A stretch of DNA of 62,978 nucleotides, filler included, from Octopus bimaculoides (taxonomy: Eukaryota), in the NCBI RefSeq assembly GCF_001194135.2. It is 6 parts of 6 records of this genome, joined end to end, with 100 filler letters (N's around TTAATTAATTAA, not from the genome) between each part and the next. Parts side by side here need not be neighbours in the genome. Positions count along the whole stretch, not along the records: positions 21,249 to 28,709 come from NC_068985.1; positions 28,810 to 53,436 come from NC_068999.1; 4 more parts are not named here. One strand, 5' to 3'. The first letter of the stretch is position 1; each line of letters starts with the position of its first letter. The position numbers and the translations under genes were made by a program. Positions 24,398 through 37,626 of the stretch are shown piece by piece. The notes under the pieces are model-generated. The model saw only the letters and a program-made list of their open reading frames with translations, had not been told where the DNA came from and made no database searches.

Positions 24398-24669
24398 GTA
24401 TATTCACCTATATATGCATGTATGCGTGTGTATACATACACACACATATCTTTGCGTGTGTGTGTTTGTATAAACATATGCATTTATATACATATAAGCA
24501 TACATGCATTTATATACGCATTTGTATGGATTCATGTATAGTATATATGTGTGTATGTGTGTGTATATATACACATAGTATATATGTGTGTATGTGTATG
24601 TATAAGCAATATATATGCGTATTTGTCTCTGTGTCTATGTATGTAATTCATGTATATAGTGCATATAAT

Positions 24670-24710
<41 letters not shown>

Positions 24711-25319
24711 CATATTTGAATATGTATACATATATATATATATATGTGTGTGTGTGTATGTGTATGCGTGTGTGAATGCGGAGAGACAGACAGATAGACA
24801 GAAAGAAAGAAAGAAAGATAGCAGTATATATATGTGTATGTATGTATGCATGTATGTATGTATGTATGTATGTATGTATGTATGTATGTATGTATGTATG
24901 TATGTATGTATGTATGCGTGTGTGAATGCGGAGAGAGAGAAAATCAGACAGACAGACAGACAGACAGACAGATAGACAGAAAGAAAGAAAGAAAGAAAGA
25001 AAGGAAGAAAGGAAGAAAGAAAGAAAGAAGGAAAGCAGTATCATGTAGGCATATTTACAAAAGTGTCTGTGTGGTAGACAGGGGACAAATATAGCGACAA
25101 CTGGCACCAGATATAAACAGACCAAATACAGGAGACCGAGACGAACAGACAGACTTGATGTCTACGGTGATTGTGTATGGCGGTGGGGGTGATGGGGGTG
25201 GCNNNNNNNNNNNNNNNNNNNNNNNNNNNNNNNNNNNNNNNNNNNNNNNNNNNNNNNNNNNNNNNNNNNNNNNNNNNNNNNNNNNNNNNNNNNNNNNNNG
25301 TTTTATCTCATAAATAAAG

Positions 25320-26170
25320 TTAGTAGTGTTGTTGTTGTTGTTGTTGTTGTTGTGGTTGCTACGGCTATGGCTTATTGTCGTTGTTGTGGTGGTGGTGGTT
25401 GTTGCTAATGTTGCCGTTGCTGCTGTAGTATCTGTGGTGGCTGTCATCGTCGTCGTCGTTGTTGTTGTTGTTGTTGCTGTTGTTGTTGCAGTGGTGATCG
25501 TGATGGATTGTGGTAATGGTGGTGTTGGTGCTTGTTCTGAAGCTGGTGGTTGCGGTAGAGGTAATAATGGTAGTAGTGGTGATGGTGGTGGTAATGGTGT
25601 TAGTGTAGCGGTTTTGGTGGTGGCTATGGTGGTAGTGGTGGTGGTTGTGGAGGTGGTGGTGTTGATTGTGGCGGTAGTGGTGGTAGTTGTGGTGGTAGTG
25701 GTGGTAGTTGTGGTGGTAGTTGTGGTAGTTGTGGTGGTAATGGTAATGGCGTTAGTGGTGGTGGTGGTGATAGTTGTGGTAGTAGTGGTAATGGTGTTAG
25801 TGGTCGTAGTAGTTGTGCTGGTTGTGGTAATGGTGTTAGTGGTGGTGGTGGTGGTGGTGATGGTAATTGTGGTGGTAGTTGTATCGGTGTTAATAGTGGT
25901 GGTAGTGGTAATGATATTGGTAGTGGTGGTTGTGGTGGTGGTGATTATGTTTGTGCGGTGATTGTTGTGGTAGTCGTAGAGGTGGTGGTAGTTGTGATAG
26001 TGGTTGTGGTGATAGTTGTGGTAATAGTATTCGTGGTGGTAGTGGTGGTTGTGGTGGTGGTGATGGTGGTAGTTGTGGTGGTGGTGGTGGTTGTGGCGGT
26101 GGTGGTGGTGGTGGTGGTCGACGTCGTCGTCGTCGTCGTCGTGATGGGTGAGTTGCGGTGGTGGTAGTCG
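25320..26170. repeat. Compound degenerate GGT/GTT/GTA trinucleotide tract
   Basis: Direct reading; gives poly-Val on + and poly-Thr on -. Confidence 0.9.
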
Positions 26171-26395
26171 TGACGCTACTTGTGGTGGTTGCTATGGCAA
26201 TCTGTTACCCTTATATGTGTAGCCGTTGTTGTTGTTTATGATCGTTGATATAGACTTTGTTGCACAATGTTATTGTTGGGATTGTTAATACTGAGGTGAC
26301 AACATTTCTTGTTGTGACAATGGTTGTAGCTGTTTCACCTCTTGTCTTCAAATCCCATCTATGTAGAACCAAGATGTGTTGAGATTTTCACTCAC

Positions 26396-26462
26396 ATAGA
26401 TAACAATCAATGATCGCCCGGATCATCCATAACTTTTCATATCTTGGTCCTTGCGACAGCAT
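26396..26462 (-). CDS. Candidate start-codon exon (unknown gene)
   Basis: ATG at 26462 with an upstream in-frame stop, MLSQGPRYEKLWMIRAIIDCYL, then donor gtgagt. A possible acceptor at 26509 follows a long AG-free pyrimidine-rich stretch. Confidence 0.2.
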
Positions 26463-27379
26463 TTCATTTTATGATGGGTTCCTTATTCCTTTCCTTGACT
26501 CTCAAAAACTGAATGTGTTCACAACCCAAAAGAATTTCACATTACAAAAAGAAGGAAAAAACAACCCACTGATAAAATGAATTACTTTTGCAAAAACAAA
26601 ATTAAGTGAAGTAAAGTTTATCGTCACATCAATATGGCTATTCGACGTTACTACCGTTTTTAACATCAGTCGTATTATCAAAGTACCTAATATGTCCTTA
26701 AAAACCTCTCGCATCCTGTATAATACAATGAATACGTAGTTTACACTTGTTACTCGTTTCAGTTATAGGTCTACAGTCGAGCTGGGACATCAAATTCAAG
26801 GATTTTAAACCCCTGTACTTATTTTTATTTTGCACTTAATTTTAGATTTTTATTTTTTGCGAGCTGGAGCGAATTCCTGCTATCTCTAGCGGCTGGGTGT
26901 TCACCACTGAGGGTGGGACATTTGGAATGTTGTCAGGCGCTCACTGCCTTTTACTAGGAAAGCAATGCAATAAGTGGTAGTTCTTCTTTATCAATATATA
27001 CAAGACTAGCATGGGTAATATCGGAGAAACTTTAAACGTCTACGGGGACTAGCCGAAGATTACTACGGAAATTTCCAGAAATCCTTAATGGGGCAGTACT
27101 ACTGAGGAGTACTACATCTTCGAGATAAACTGTATAAGCACAAAAGCGCTGCCAAGTAGGACTGGTGAGGATTCGCACAGAGAGAGAAAACTGTACTGCA
27201 TGTACTCATGCGGTAACCAAGCAGTGAGTCGAACAGCTGTCGTGTGTAAAGCAAGACCTGCTAACGGCCGAGTCTATCTCGAAGATTGCGCGCCAGTAAC
27301 AAAGCGGGACAAACAGTGTTGCTCTGTTTTGTAGCCGTGGTGAAAGCCGTCGCGTAGTGACGAGGATGAGAGGATAATG

Positions 27380-28160
27380 AGCGCACCATTCAGCCTCTTA
27401 TTACACGTTAATGTCTGGAAAAGGTGTTATTCAGCATTCGGTCATCAGAGGAAAGCTGGTAGGTGCAAAAGCTCGTTATCTTCAGTTCAATGTTCGTGCC
27501 TACCCTTAATTATGGTCAGGAATCTCGGGTAATGACCGAAAGAATACGATCACAAATACAAGCTGTCGAGATGGCGTTCCTCTGAAGGGTCCTTGAAGTA
27601 ACGTTAGTCAATGAAATGCGTAGCTCGGAGATTGTAGAGACGCTCCATGTGGAGCCGCTGCTTCTCCGAGTAGAGATATTACAGCATTGATTCTACAGAC
27701 GCGTGGTAAGAATGCCTTGAGAAAAAATCGCTGGACAGGTTTTACGGGCAAAACCAACTGATGGGTTAACCCACGAAAAGGTAAAGTTGATTTCTCGAGT
27801 CATGCTGACTCACAGGGACCACTTTCCTGGTTTCATGGCGTATATATTCCCCACCCGGACGGGACGCCGGTCCGTCGTAGGGTTAACCATTTTTGCCAGC
27901 TGTGTAGACTGGAGCAACGTGAAATGAAGTGTTTTGCTCAAGAACACAACGCATCGCCCGGTCCAGGAATCGAAACCAGAATCTTACGATCATGAGTCCC
28001 AACACCCTAACCACTAAGCCACCCGCCTCCGCCAGGATGATTGTGAGCTCGGGTGATCTCGCTTAAGTACCCAGCCGGATCAGTTGAAGATAGTTGGTTC
28101 TGACAGGACCCGATGGAAGGCGTGTTTAAGGACTCTGAACCCACAACCCTTTCCGGATTT
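27380..28160 (+). mobile_element. RTE/RTE-X-like LINE 3' ORF fragment interrupted by a SINE
   Basis: SMFVPTLNYGQESRVMTERIRSQIQAVEMAFL*RVLEVTL...VEPLLLRVE...RMP*EKIAGQVLRAKPT before the SINE, and QLKIVGSDRTRWKACLRTLNPQP after it. Confidence 0.8.
27781..28030 (-). mobile_element. tRNA-derived CORE-type SINE, family C
   Basis: Reverse complement ggaggcgggtggcttagtggttagggtgttgggactcatgatcgtaag...gtttcgattcctgg...ttgtgttcttgagcaaaacacttc; paralogue at 54283. Confidence 0.85.
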
Positions 28161-28543
28161 TGTGGGCGGAGATGAGACGAGATGAGGTGTCTGGGAAAAG
28201 TACTGACACATTGTTTCATGGGTCTTTATAGTCCCAGATGCACTCGTCTGTAGAGAAGATGGTGTAGTCGCGGCTATCATGATCTTACTCTGTTCCGACT
28301 GACCTCAGGCTAATCAACGAATTGCTCTTTAAAAATTATTATAGTTTTTTTTTTTTTAATGTTGCACTTACTTGAAAAGTAGTCTTGAAACGAGACAACA
28401 ATCAAAACAATAACAATAACCTTGCTACTACTACTACTACTACCACCAACCACTACTACTTCCACAACTGTAGCAATTAGTACAAACACCTCTACCACTA
28501 CAATTACGAATACTGATACTAATGCGTCCCACTGTTATTACTA

Positions 28544-28583
<40 letters not shown>

Positions 28584-28611
28584 AGTAGTAGTGGTAGTAG
28601 TAGTGGTAGTA

Positions 28612-28662
<51 letters not shown>

Positions 28663-28663
28663 A

Positions 28664-28709
<46 letters not shown>

Positions 28710-28753
28710 NNNNNNNNNNNNNNNNNNNNNNNNNNNNNNNNNNNNNNNNNNNN

Positions 28754-28765
28754 TTAATTAATTAA
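28754..28765. other. Artificial six-frame stop spacer in a 100-bp gap
   Basis: N-flanked TTAATTAATTAA. Confidence 0.95.
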
Positions 28766-28884
28766 NNNNNNNNNNNNNNNNNNNNNNNNNNNNNNNNNNN
28801 NNNNNNNNNGAAGAAGAAGAAGAAGAAGAAGAAGAAGAAGAAGAAGAAGAAGAAGAAGAAGAAGAAGAAGAAGAAGAAGAAGAC

Positions 28885-29305
28885 AGTAGCAAAAACTGGA
28901 GGTGAAACCGGGACTCTTCCTGTTATCACTCTTACAAGTCGAGGACCTCGAACTATCGTCAGGACGTTAGAGACTATTTGGACAATATTCCAGATATCAA
29001 CCATCAAATCATGTGTTTCGTTTGACTCAGGACTACATTTCTGTGACCATCTGTGGGAGGACATCCTTTCAAATCCCAGGCCATATCCGTTGGCCATCCA
29101 GGGAACTTTGCGGACATCGCAGCCTCGATGCTTGTCTGCACATTATCAGACACAACATAGAAAGTTCTTTGTTGACCAAGTGATGGACATTCTGACTAGT
29201 ATATGGTTCATCCACAAGAAGTGAAAACACAGAGGCTCCAACTTAGATGAAAACTGGAGCAGAGCAAGACGGTTAGCGAATAATAAACGATGGAGGCACT
29301 GTAAA
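28885..29305 (+). mobile_element. Possible RTE-like LINE C-terminal relic
   Basis: Weak motifs HIIRH and RARRLANNKRWR resemble the GHI-R and A-DR--WR motifs; heavily degenerate. Confidence 0.3.
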
Positions 29306-29317
29306 CANNNNNNNNNN

Positions 29318-29349
<32 letters not shown>

Positions 29350-29537
29350 TAAATATCTAATGACATGCCTGTACCAACAACAACAACAACAACAAAGTAT
29401 CTACCACCATCATCACAACAATCACCATTACTACCATCACCAACATTACTGAATATTATATTGTGGGGGAGTGTCACCCCCACCCCACCAAAATGATGAT
29501 GAATGATGATGATGATGATGATGATGATGACGACGAC

Positions 29538-29572
<35 letters not shown>

Positions 29573-30870
29573 GATGATGATGATGATGATGATGATGATA
29601 ATAATAATAATAATAATAATAAGAAGAAGAAGAATAAAAATACGAAAGCTAATAAGAACAACATATTTTTACATTTCTTTCGCTCTCCTCTTCTTTCTTT
29701 TCTTCTTTTCTTTCTGTCTGGTATATTTGTTGTTGTTGTTGTTGTTGTTGTTGTAACTTGCTGCTGCTGCTGTTGTGGTTTCAGTTCTGATTCTGCTTTA
29801 ATGTAATTACGTTTGAATATTTTGATATCTATTGAAATACAGAAATATGTAGGGGTGGGGTGGGGGTAAGGNNNNNNNNNNNNNNNNNNNNNNNNNNNNN
29901 NNNNNNNNNNNNNNNNNNNNNNNNNNNNNNNNNNNNNNNNNNNNNNNNNNNNNNNNNNNNNNNNNNNNNNNNNNNNNNNNNNNNNNNNNNNNNNNNNNNN
30001 NNNNNNNNNNNNNNNNNNNNNNNNNNNNNNNNNNNNNNNNNNNNNNNNNNNNNNNNNNNNNNNNNNNNNNNNNNNNNNNNNNNNNNNNNNNNNNNNNNNN
30101 NNNNNNNNNNNNNNNNNNNNNNNNNNNNNNNNNNNNNNNNNNNNNNNNNNNNNNNNNNNNNNNNNNNNNNNNNNNNNNNNNNNNNNNNNNNNNNNNNNNN
30201 NNNNNNNNNNNNNNNNNNNNNNNNNNNNNNNNNNNNNNNNNNNNNNNNNNNNNNNNNNNNNNNNNNNNNNNNNNNNNNNNNNNNNNNNNNNNNNNNNNNN
30301 NNNNNNNNNNNNNNNNNNNNNNNNNNNNNNNNNNNNNNNNNNNNNNNNNNNNNNNNNNNNNNNNNNNNNNNNNNNNNNNNNNNNNNNNNNNNNNNNNNNN
30401 NNNNNNNNNNNNNNNNNNNNNNNNNNNNNNNNNNNNNNNNNNNNNNNNNNNNNNNNNNNNNNNNNNNNNNNNNNNNNNNNNNNNNNNNNNNNNNNNNNNN
30501 NNNNNNNNNNNNNNNNNNNNNNNNNNNNNNNNNNNNNNNNNNNNNNNNNNNNNNNNNNNNNNNNNNNNNNNNNNNNNNNNNNNNNNNNNNNNNNNNNNNN
30601 NNNNNNNNNNNNNNNNNNNNNNNNNNNNNNNNNNNNNNNNNNNNNNNNNNNNNNNNNNNNNNNNNNNNNNNNNNNNNNNNNNNNNNNNNNNNNNNNNNNN
30701 NNNNNNNNNNNNNNNNNNNNNNNNNNNNNNNNNNNNNNNNNNNNNNNNNNNNNNNNNNNNNNNNNNNNNNNNNNNNNNNNNNNNNNNNNNNNNNNNNNNN
30801 NNNNNNNNNNNNNNNNNNNNNNNNNNNNNNNNNNNNNNNNNNNNNNNNNNNNNNNNNNNNNNNNNNNNAA

Positions 30871-30932
<62 letters not shown>

Positions 30933-30944
30933 TAATAATAATAA

Positions 30945-31052
30945 TCCTTTCTACTGGAAATTTTGGGGAAAGGATTAAGTCGATTACATCGACCTCAGTG
31001 CGTAACTGGTACTTATTTAATCGACCCCGTAGGGATGAAAAGCAAAGTTGGA
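30945..31052 (-). mobile_element. SINE family A, 3' part
   Basis: ggattaagtcgattacatcgacctcagtgcgtaactggtacttatttaatcgaccccgtagggatgaaaagcaaagttg. Confidence 0.85.
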
Positions 31053-31680
31053 CCTCCTGCCCCATGATAAAAACTAGTGGGAACACAAACCACCTCCAGT
31101 GCTTGAAAATGATCACATCACACTCCTCTGGAACTTCACCAGTCAAACTAACAGAAAGAGAGGATGCAAATAGGCCAGACATTATATTGAAAAACTTCAG
31201 ATAAAAATCATGCTTCCTCATCGATATGACTGCCCCAATCGACATAAATGTATCTGTCAAGTCTTACAAAAAACTGAGAAAGTATAAAGATCTTGAAATT
31301 GAAATTGATAAAATGTGGAACATCAAGACTAGAACAATACCTGTTGTCATAGGTGCATTGGGAATGATAGCAAAAGGGGTTGATTGCTACCTAGCTAAGA
31401 TACCGGGAAATCCAAAAATGGACAGAAATTAAAAAAAATAGTGCTCATGGGAACTGTCTATATCCTACGTAAAATATTGTCTATGTAATCTCAAATTTTA
31501 AAACAAATTTATAACATTCTTATGTTTTCTTCAGCAGTCTCTAGAACATTACTTTGTGCAAAACCAAATATAGGGTACCCTAGTCATAACACCAACTTGA
31601 GCTTCTAACTTGGCTCTTGATGTCTCTGGGTGAGACTTGGAGTCAACATGCACATATACAAAGCAAAAGTCTAACACAAT
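31053..31680 (+). mobile_element. R4/Dong-like LINE 3' end: restriction-like endonuclease domain plus 3' UTR
   Basis: ENDHITLLWNF...ANRPDIILKNF...CFLIDMTAPIDINVSVKSYKKLRKYKDLEIEIDKMWNIKTRTIPVVIGALGMI...ILRKILSM*; RPD and D-x-K catalytic pattern. Confidence 0.9.
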
Positions 31681-31691
31681 CGGTTAATTGA

Positions 31692-31892
31692 AGGCGGCGA
31701 GCTGGCAGAAACGTTAGCACGCCGGGCAAAATGCTTAGCAGTATTTTGTCCGCCTGAGTTCTGAGTTCCAATTCCAAATCAACGTATTGACTTTTCCTTT
31801 CGAGCTTCGACAAAGTTAGTACCAGTTGAACACTGGGGTCGATGTAATCGACTCATTCCCTCCGCGCAAACTTTCTGGCTTTGTACCAAAAT
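31692..31892 (+). mobile_element. SINE family A, tail type 2
   Basis: aggcggcgagctggcagaaacgttagcacgccgggcaaaatgcttagcagtattttgtcc...cactggggtcgatgtaatcgactc. Confidence 0.9.
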
Positions 31893-32146
31893 TTTTAATC
31901 ATTTTTACTCAATTAATTTACCAGCGAACTAATTAGTTATTTGATTAATTATTCGATCAAATAATAAATCAATCAGCTGGTTTGTCAGTGTCCTTTCGTC
32001 GTTAATGCCGCCTCATCAACGACATGTCTTCGTTACTTGAGGTGTGTCTCAAGGGATTAAGAATGCACTGACCAAAATGACCCAGAGTAAGAAGATATGT
32101 TCACCTTGAGAGTTACAAGCACTTATAGGCAAACTAATGAAAGCCA

Positions 32147-32189
<43 letters not shown>

Positions 32190-32607
32190 NNNNNNNNNNN
32201 NNNNNNNNNNNNNNNNNNNNNNNNNNNNNNNATATATATATATATATATATATAAATTAATAACTAAATATATCATATTAAATATTGATTGTTAAAGTAA
32301 CAAAAGATTGTTTTTAAGCTGTTATTTATGTTGAGTCAAGTCAACAGGTGTAAAATAATGACTGAAGCAATAAATAGAGGTAAGAAAGGTGAGACTGTGA
32401 CATTAATAACAGAGAGATATGAAAAAAAAACGTAAATGGTGGAAGATTGATTGAATAACAAATGTGACACGAGATATTGTAAATATGACCGATAGTGGGT
32501 GTGTTGCACAATGAAACTATTGTTCTTTGACCCTCGGTCAAGCAACGTAATAAATTTACCTTATGATATGCTCTCCCTTCCCACACCTCTCTCTCACTCT
32601 CACTTAC

Positions 32608-32681
32608 TTTCAAAAAATTTAAGCTTCTTTGCAGAATGCAAAGAAACGGATATTTCTTATATTCTTGGTAATCCAAATTGA
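32608..32681 (-). CDS. Candidate internal exon (unknown gene)
   Basis: Branch-like ctaac, acceptor ggctag and donor gtaagt; only one frame open, NLDYQEYKKYPFLCILQRSLNFLK (phase 1 to 0). Confidence 0.2.
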
Positions 32682-32849
32682 CTAGCCAGATGTTAGAGTT
32701 GTTGTTAATCTTGTTTAATCTCAGATCAGCTTTTATCCAGCAGACGTATACTTAAAGACATTCTCAACATGAACATTTCGCCTTTTTTCAAACATAGTCT
32801 ACCTAGGAATACATTAACCTGCTGTGCACTTCATTTTTTGTAGTCTTAT

Positions 32850-33170
32850 GGATAATTGCTCAACGGTTAGAGCGTCGGGCTCACAATCATGAGGTAGTGA
32901 GTTCGATTTGCGGACCGGGCTGTGTATTGTGTTCTTCTTTTGTGCAAGACACTTTGTCATGTTGCTCCAGTTTATTCATTTGTAGAAATGAGTTGCGACG
33001 TCACTGGTGTCAAGCTGTATCAGTCTTTGCTTTTCCCTTGGACAACATCCGTGGCGTGGAGTGGGAGAGACTGGTACGCATGGGTCACTGCTGGTTTTCC
33101 ATAAACAACTTTGCCCGGGGAGGAGAACTTTCGAGATGCAATCCCATGATCATTCATGACCGGAGGGGGT
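32850..33170 (+). mobile_element. tRNA-derived CORE-type SINE (family C-related)
   Basis: ggataattgctcaacggttagagcgtcgggctcacaatcatgaggtagtgagttcgatt...ttgtgttct...caagacactttg. Confidence 0.75.
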
Positions 33171-33541
33171 CTTTTTATAGATAATATCCAAATCATTACT
33201 GATCCAGTAAACATATCCCCAATAGAATTCCGACTGTGGCCACCCCATATTTTGCTTAGACGTAGTGTACCGAGGATTACATTATCTAATGTGAGCGTTT
33301 TCTTATTGTTGAAGTGTTATTGTTTAACTCTAAGTCAACTGAGGTTCAGCGGATTTATGATCAAAAACATTCCAGCGGTAACTCTCTCGACTTTTATAGT
33401 GTATCTTGGACTACATTAACTTGTGTCCCTTTTCTTTAGTATTGTTATTGTTTTTGTTGTTTAATTTCAGGTCAGCTCTAATCCCAGCAGTCCTATGACC
33501 TTATCATTCCATCCATGACCATCACGATTTTTGTCAGACAG

Positions 33542-33911
33542 TCTTTCGATACTAGTCCGCCACAACTTCCGGTCGTTGCGCGCACGCATACTGATTACAT
33601 GATCGTACAGTTCTCAAACTTTAAACACATAAACACACTATACGATCATGTAATCAGTATAGGGAGGAGATACGCCACTGTGGAGGTGCACTTCACAACG
33701 GAGGAGGAAGCAATAAAGCACTCCACAGAGGCAATAAGGACAGAGGAATGGGTGCTCTTGCCTTCGTACTGCGGCAAACGTGTGGCCAAGGTGCGAGTGA
33801 GTAAGATGCCATCCGAACTGAAACTTTAAACACATAAACACACTATACGATCATGCAATCAGTATGCGTGCACGCAACGACCGGAAGTTGTGGCGGACTA
33901 GTATCGAAAGA
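33542..33911. other. Young templated rearrangement: 69-bp inverted repeats plus 45-bp direct repeats around a LINE ORF1-like fragment
   Basis: 33542-33610 vs reverse complement of 33843-33911: 3 mismatches. 33616-33660 vs 33821-33865: 1 mismatch. The core 33661-33820 encodes GRRYATVEVHFTTEEEA...WVLLPSYCGKRVAKVRVSKMP. Confidence 0.85.
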
Positions 33912-34419
33912 TCGCCGAAGACCCTTTGTATTTCTACATTATGGGCTGTGTATTGAGAGATTTAGTTCAATTAACCTGCAGATGTTCCCTTGCTGCTCAT
34001 GTATCTTGGATTTAGAATATTTTGGATGTAATTCAGTTAGGTGCACATAAATCTCCTTAGTTGGAGAAAAACACCTTGCGGTAATTGTTTGCAACTCTTA
34101 AAGAGAAAAGTGAGCTAATTCCATGAAATCAAGAAAATAATTTGATAAATATACTTTGTTGATAAAATTCCTTAAGACATCTACACAATGTTTTACCGTT
34201 TCAAGTCTGTTCGATCAGCGAACAAAGGAGTTGTTGAAGAAGGGATACAAACATTTTCGATAGTATTAATTTGCATGATTTCGAAATATGAGACAAGGGA
34301 AACAATTCAAATGAACCAAAGTACGTTCATGAAAAATGATAGTTTACTGTTGTTGTTTTGAGAGTTGTTTTTGAAATTCACATAGAATTCTTAAAACATC
34401 TGATTTATACCAACATGAG

Positions 34420-35335
<916 letters not shown>

Positions 35336-36086
35336 TTTCGTTAAGTATTATTGCAATGCATCATTGAAGAGTTATAAAAACGGCATCAATGATGATTATG
35401 GTGGTGTTCGCGGTAGAGGTGGTGGGTGTTCTGGTTGTGTAGAGGTTGCTGATAGCGTCGGTGAGAGGGAGGAGCGGGAGGAGGTTGGGGGTAGAAGGAG
35501 GGGAGGAGGAGGAGGAGGAAGAATGTAATGAAGAGGTGAAGGGGATGACGATAATGATGATAGTGGATGCGATGGTAATGGTGGTGCGGCTGATGATGAG
35601 GATCTAGAAAGAAAAGGGGGAGAGAGAGAGAAAGGTGGAGAGAGAGAGAGAAAGGTGGAGAGAGAGAGAAAGGCACAAAAAGAAGGAGAGAGAGAGGGGA
35701 GAGACAGGAGAGAGAGAGAGAATAGAGATAGAGATAGAGAAGAAGAGAGAGAGGAGAGGGAGGCAACATAAAGACAAGTTGAACGGGGAATGGGGGAGGG
35801 TCGGCTACGTTTATTTTTACACACAAGCTTTTCGTTTTTCGGGATGTGAATTCTACCAATAATTGGATTTCGAATATCAATGCGAACTACTAATGTCTTC
35901 GACTTTGGACTGTTGCCTGTTGACCACGGGCACATTGCTTTTCAGTTCTCTTAATTTACCTTCTCAATGGGTGGCATTCTTGCGTAAGCAGAAAACCATT
36001 TCCTGCTTCTCACATACAATATCTCTGCATTATGCCTCGTTTTGCTTGGGTCTTTGGCATAGAAGAATAGCGTTGTCGAGTTCATA

Positions 36087-36142
<56 letters not shown>

Positions 36143-36931
36143 NNNNNNNNNNNNNNNNNNNNNNNNNNNNNNNNNNNNNNNNNNNNNNNNNNNNNNNNNN
36201 NNNNNNNNNNNNNNNNNNNNNNNNNNNNNNNNNNNNNNNNNNNNNNNNNNNNNNNNNNNNNNNNNNNNNNNNNNNNNNNNNNNNNNNNNNNNNNNNNNNN
36301 NNNNNNNNNNNNNNNNNNNNNNNNNNNNNNNNNNNNNNNNNNNNNNNNNNNNNNNNNNNNNNNNNNNNNNNNNNNNNNNNNNNNNNNNNNNNNNNNNNNN
36401 NNNNNNNNNNNNNNNNNNNNNNNNNNNNNNNNNNNNNNNNNNNNNNNNNNNNNNNNNNNNNNNNNNNNNNNNNNNNNNNNNNNNNNNNNNNNNNNNNNNN
36501 NNNNNNNNNNNNNNNNNNNNNNNNNNNNNNNNNNNNNNNNNNNNNNNNNNNNNNNNNNNNNNNNNNNNNNNNNNNNNNNNNNNNNNNNNNNNNNNNNNNN
36601 NNNNNNNNNNNNNNNNNNNNNNNNNNNNNNNNNNNNNNNNNNNNNNNNNNNNNNNNNNNNNNNNNNNNNNNNNNNNNNNNNNNNNNNNNNNNNNNNNNNN
36701 NNNNNNNNNNNNNNNNNNNNNNNNNNNNNNNNNNNNNNNNNNNNNNNNNNNNNNNNNNNNNNNNNNNNNNNNNNNNNNNNNNNNNNNNNNNNNNNNNNNN
36801 NNNNNNNNNNNNNNNNNNNNNNNNNNNNNNNNNNNNNNNNNNNNNNNNNNNNNNNNNNNNNNNNNNNNNNNNNNNNNNNNNNNNNNNNNNNNNNNNNNNN
36901 NNNNNNNNNNNNNNNNNNNNNNNNNNNNNNN

Positions 36932-36962
<31 letters not shown>

Positions 36963-37536
36963 GTGTGCATATGTATGTGTGTATGTAGAGAGAGAGAAGC
37001 TGTAGAGACACCGAAAGAGAAAGAGCAATGTGTAGTGAAAGAGTGTAGTAGAAGCGAAAGCAAGGTATAAAAACTAAAGAGAAAACGATGTGTGTATGTG
37101 TGTATGAGTGTGTCTGTGTATGTCTGTGTGTGTGTGATGAAAGAAAGACATAAATACACAATCAAACAATCAAAGTAAGAAAGAAAAAATGCTAAACTAC
37201 AAGGAAAAATATAAGTAAATGTGTAAGAAAGTGTAAGGAAGGAAAAAATATACAGCGTCTTTGAAGATGCTACATAGGGTACTAAGAATGGCCAGGGGTG
37301 GCGGGTATGAGAGGAGAAAGAGAAGTTTATAGAGATACGTTATCGTTTCGAAAACTAGTCTGTGAAACTTGAAAGAATAGTTCAAATTAGGAAAATTAGA
37401 GTGCATGCGTGTAATACATACGTGTGTATTTATGAATATGTATGGATGCATGTATGCATGTACATACATATGTTTATATCTATATATTTATACAGACATA
37501 CATAATACATAGACGCACACTTGCATATATTTGAAG

Positions 37537-37574
<38 letters not shown>

Positions 37575-37584
37575 NNNNNNNNNN

Positions 37585-37626
<42 letters not shown>

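Noticed and set aside
25326-26167. Poly-Val/Gly ORFs as a membrane or glycine-rich protein
   Set aside because: A trinucleotide slippage tract with a register shift; similar tracts recur through the window.
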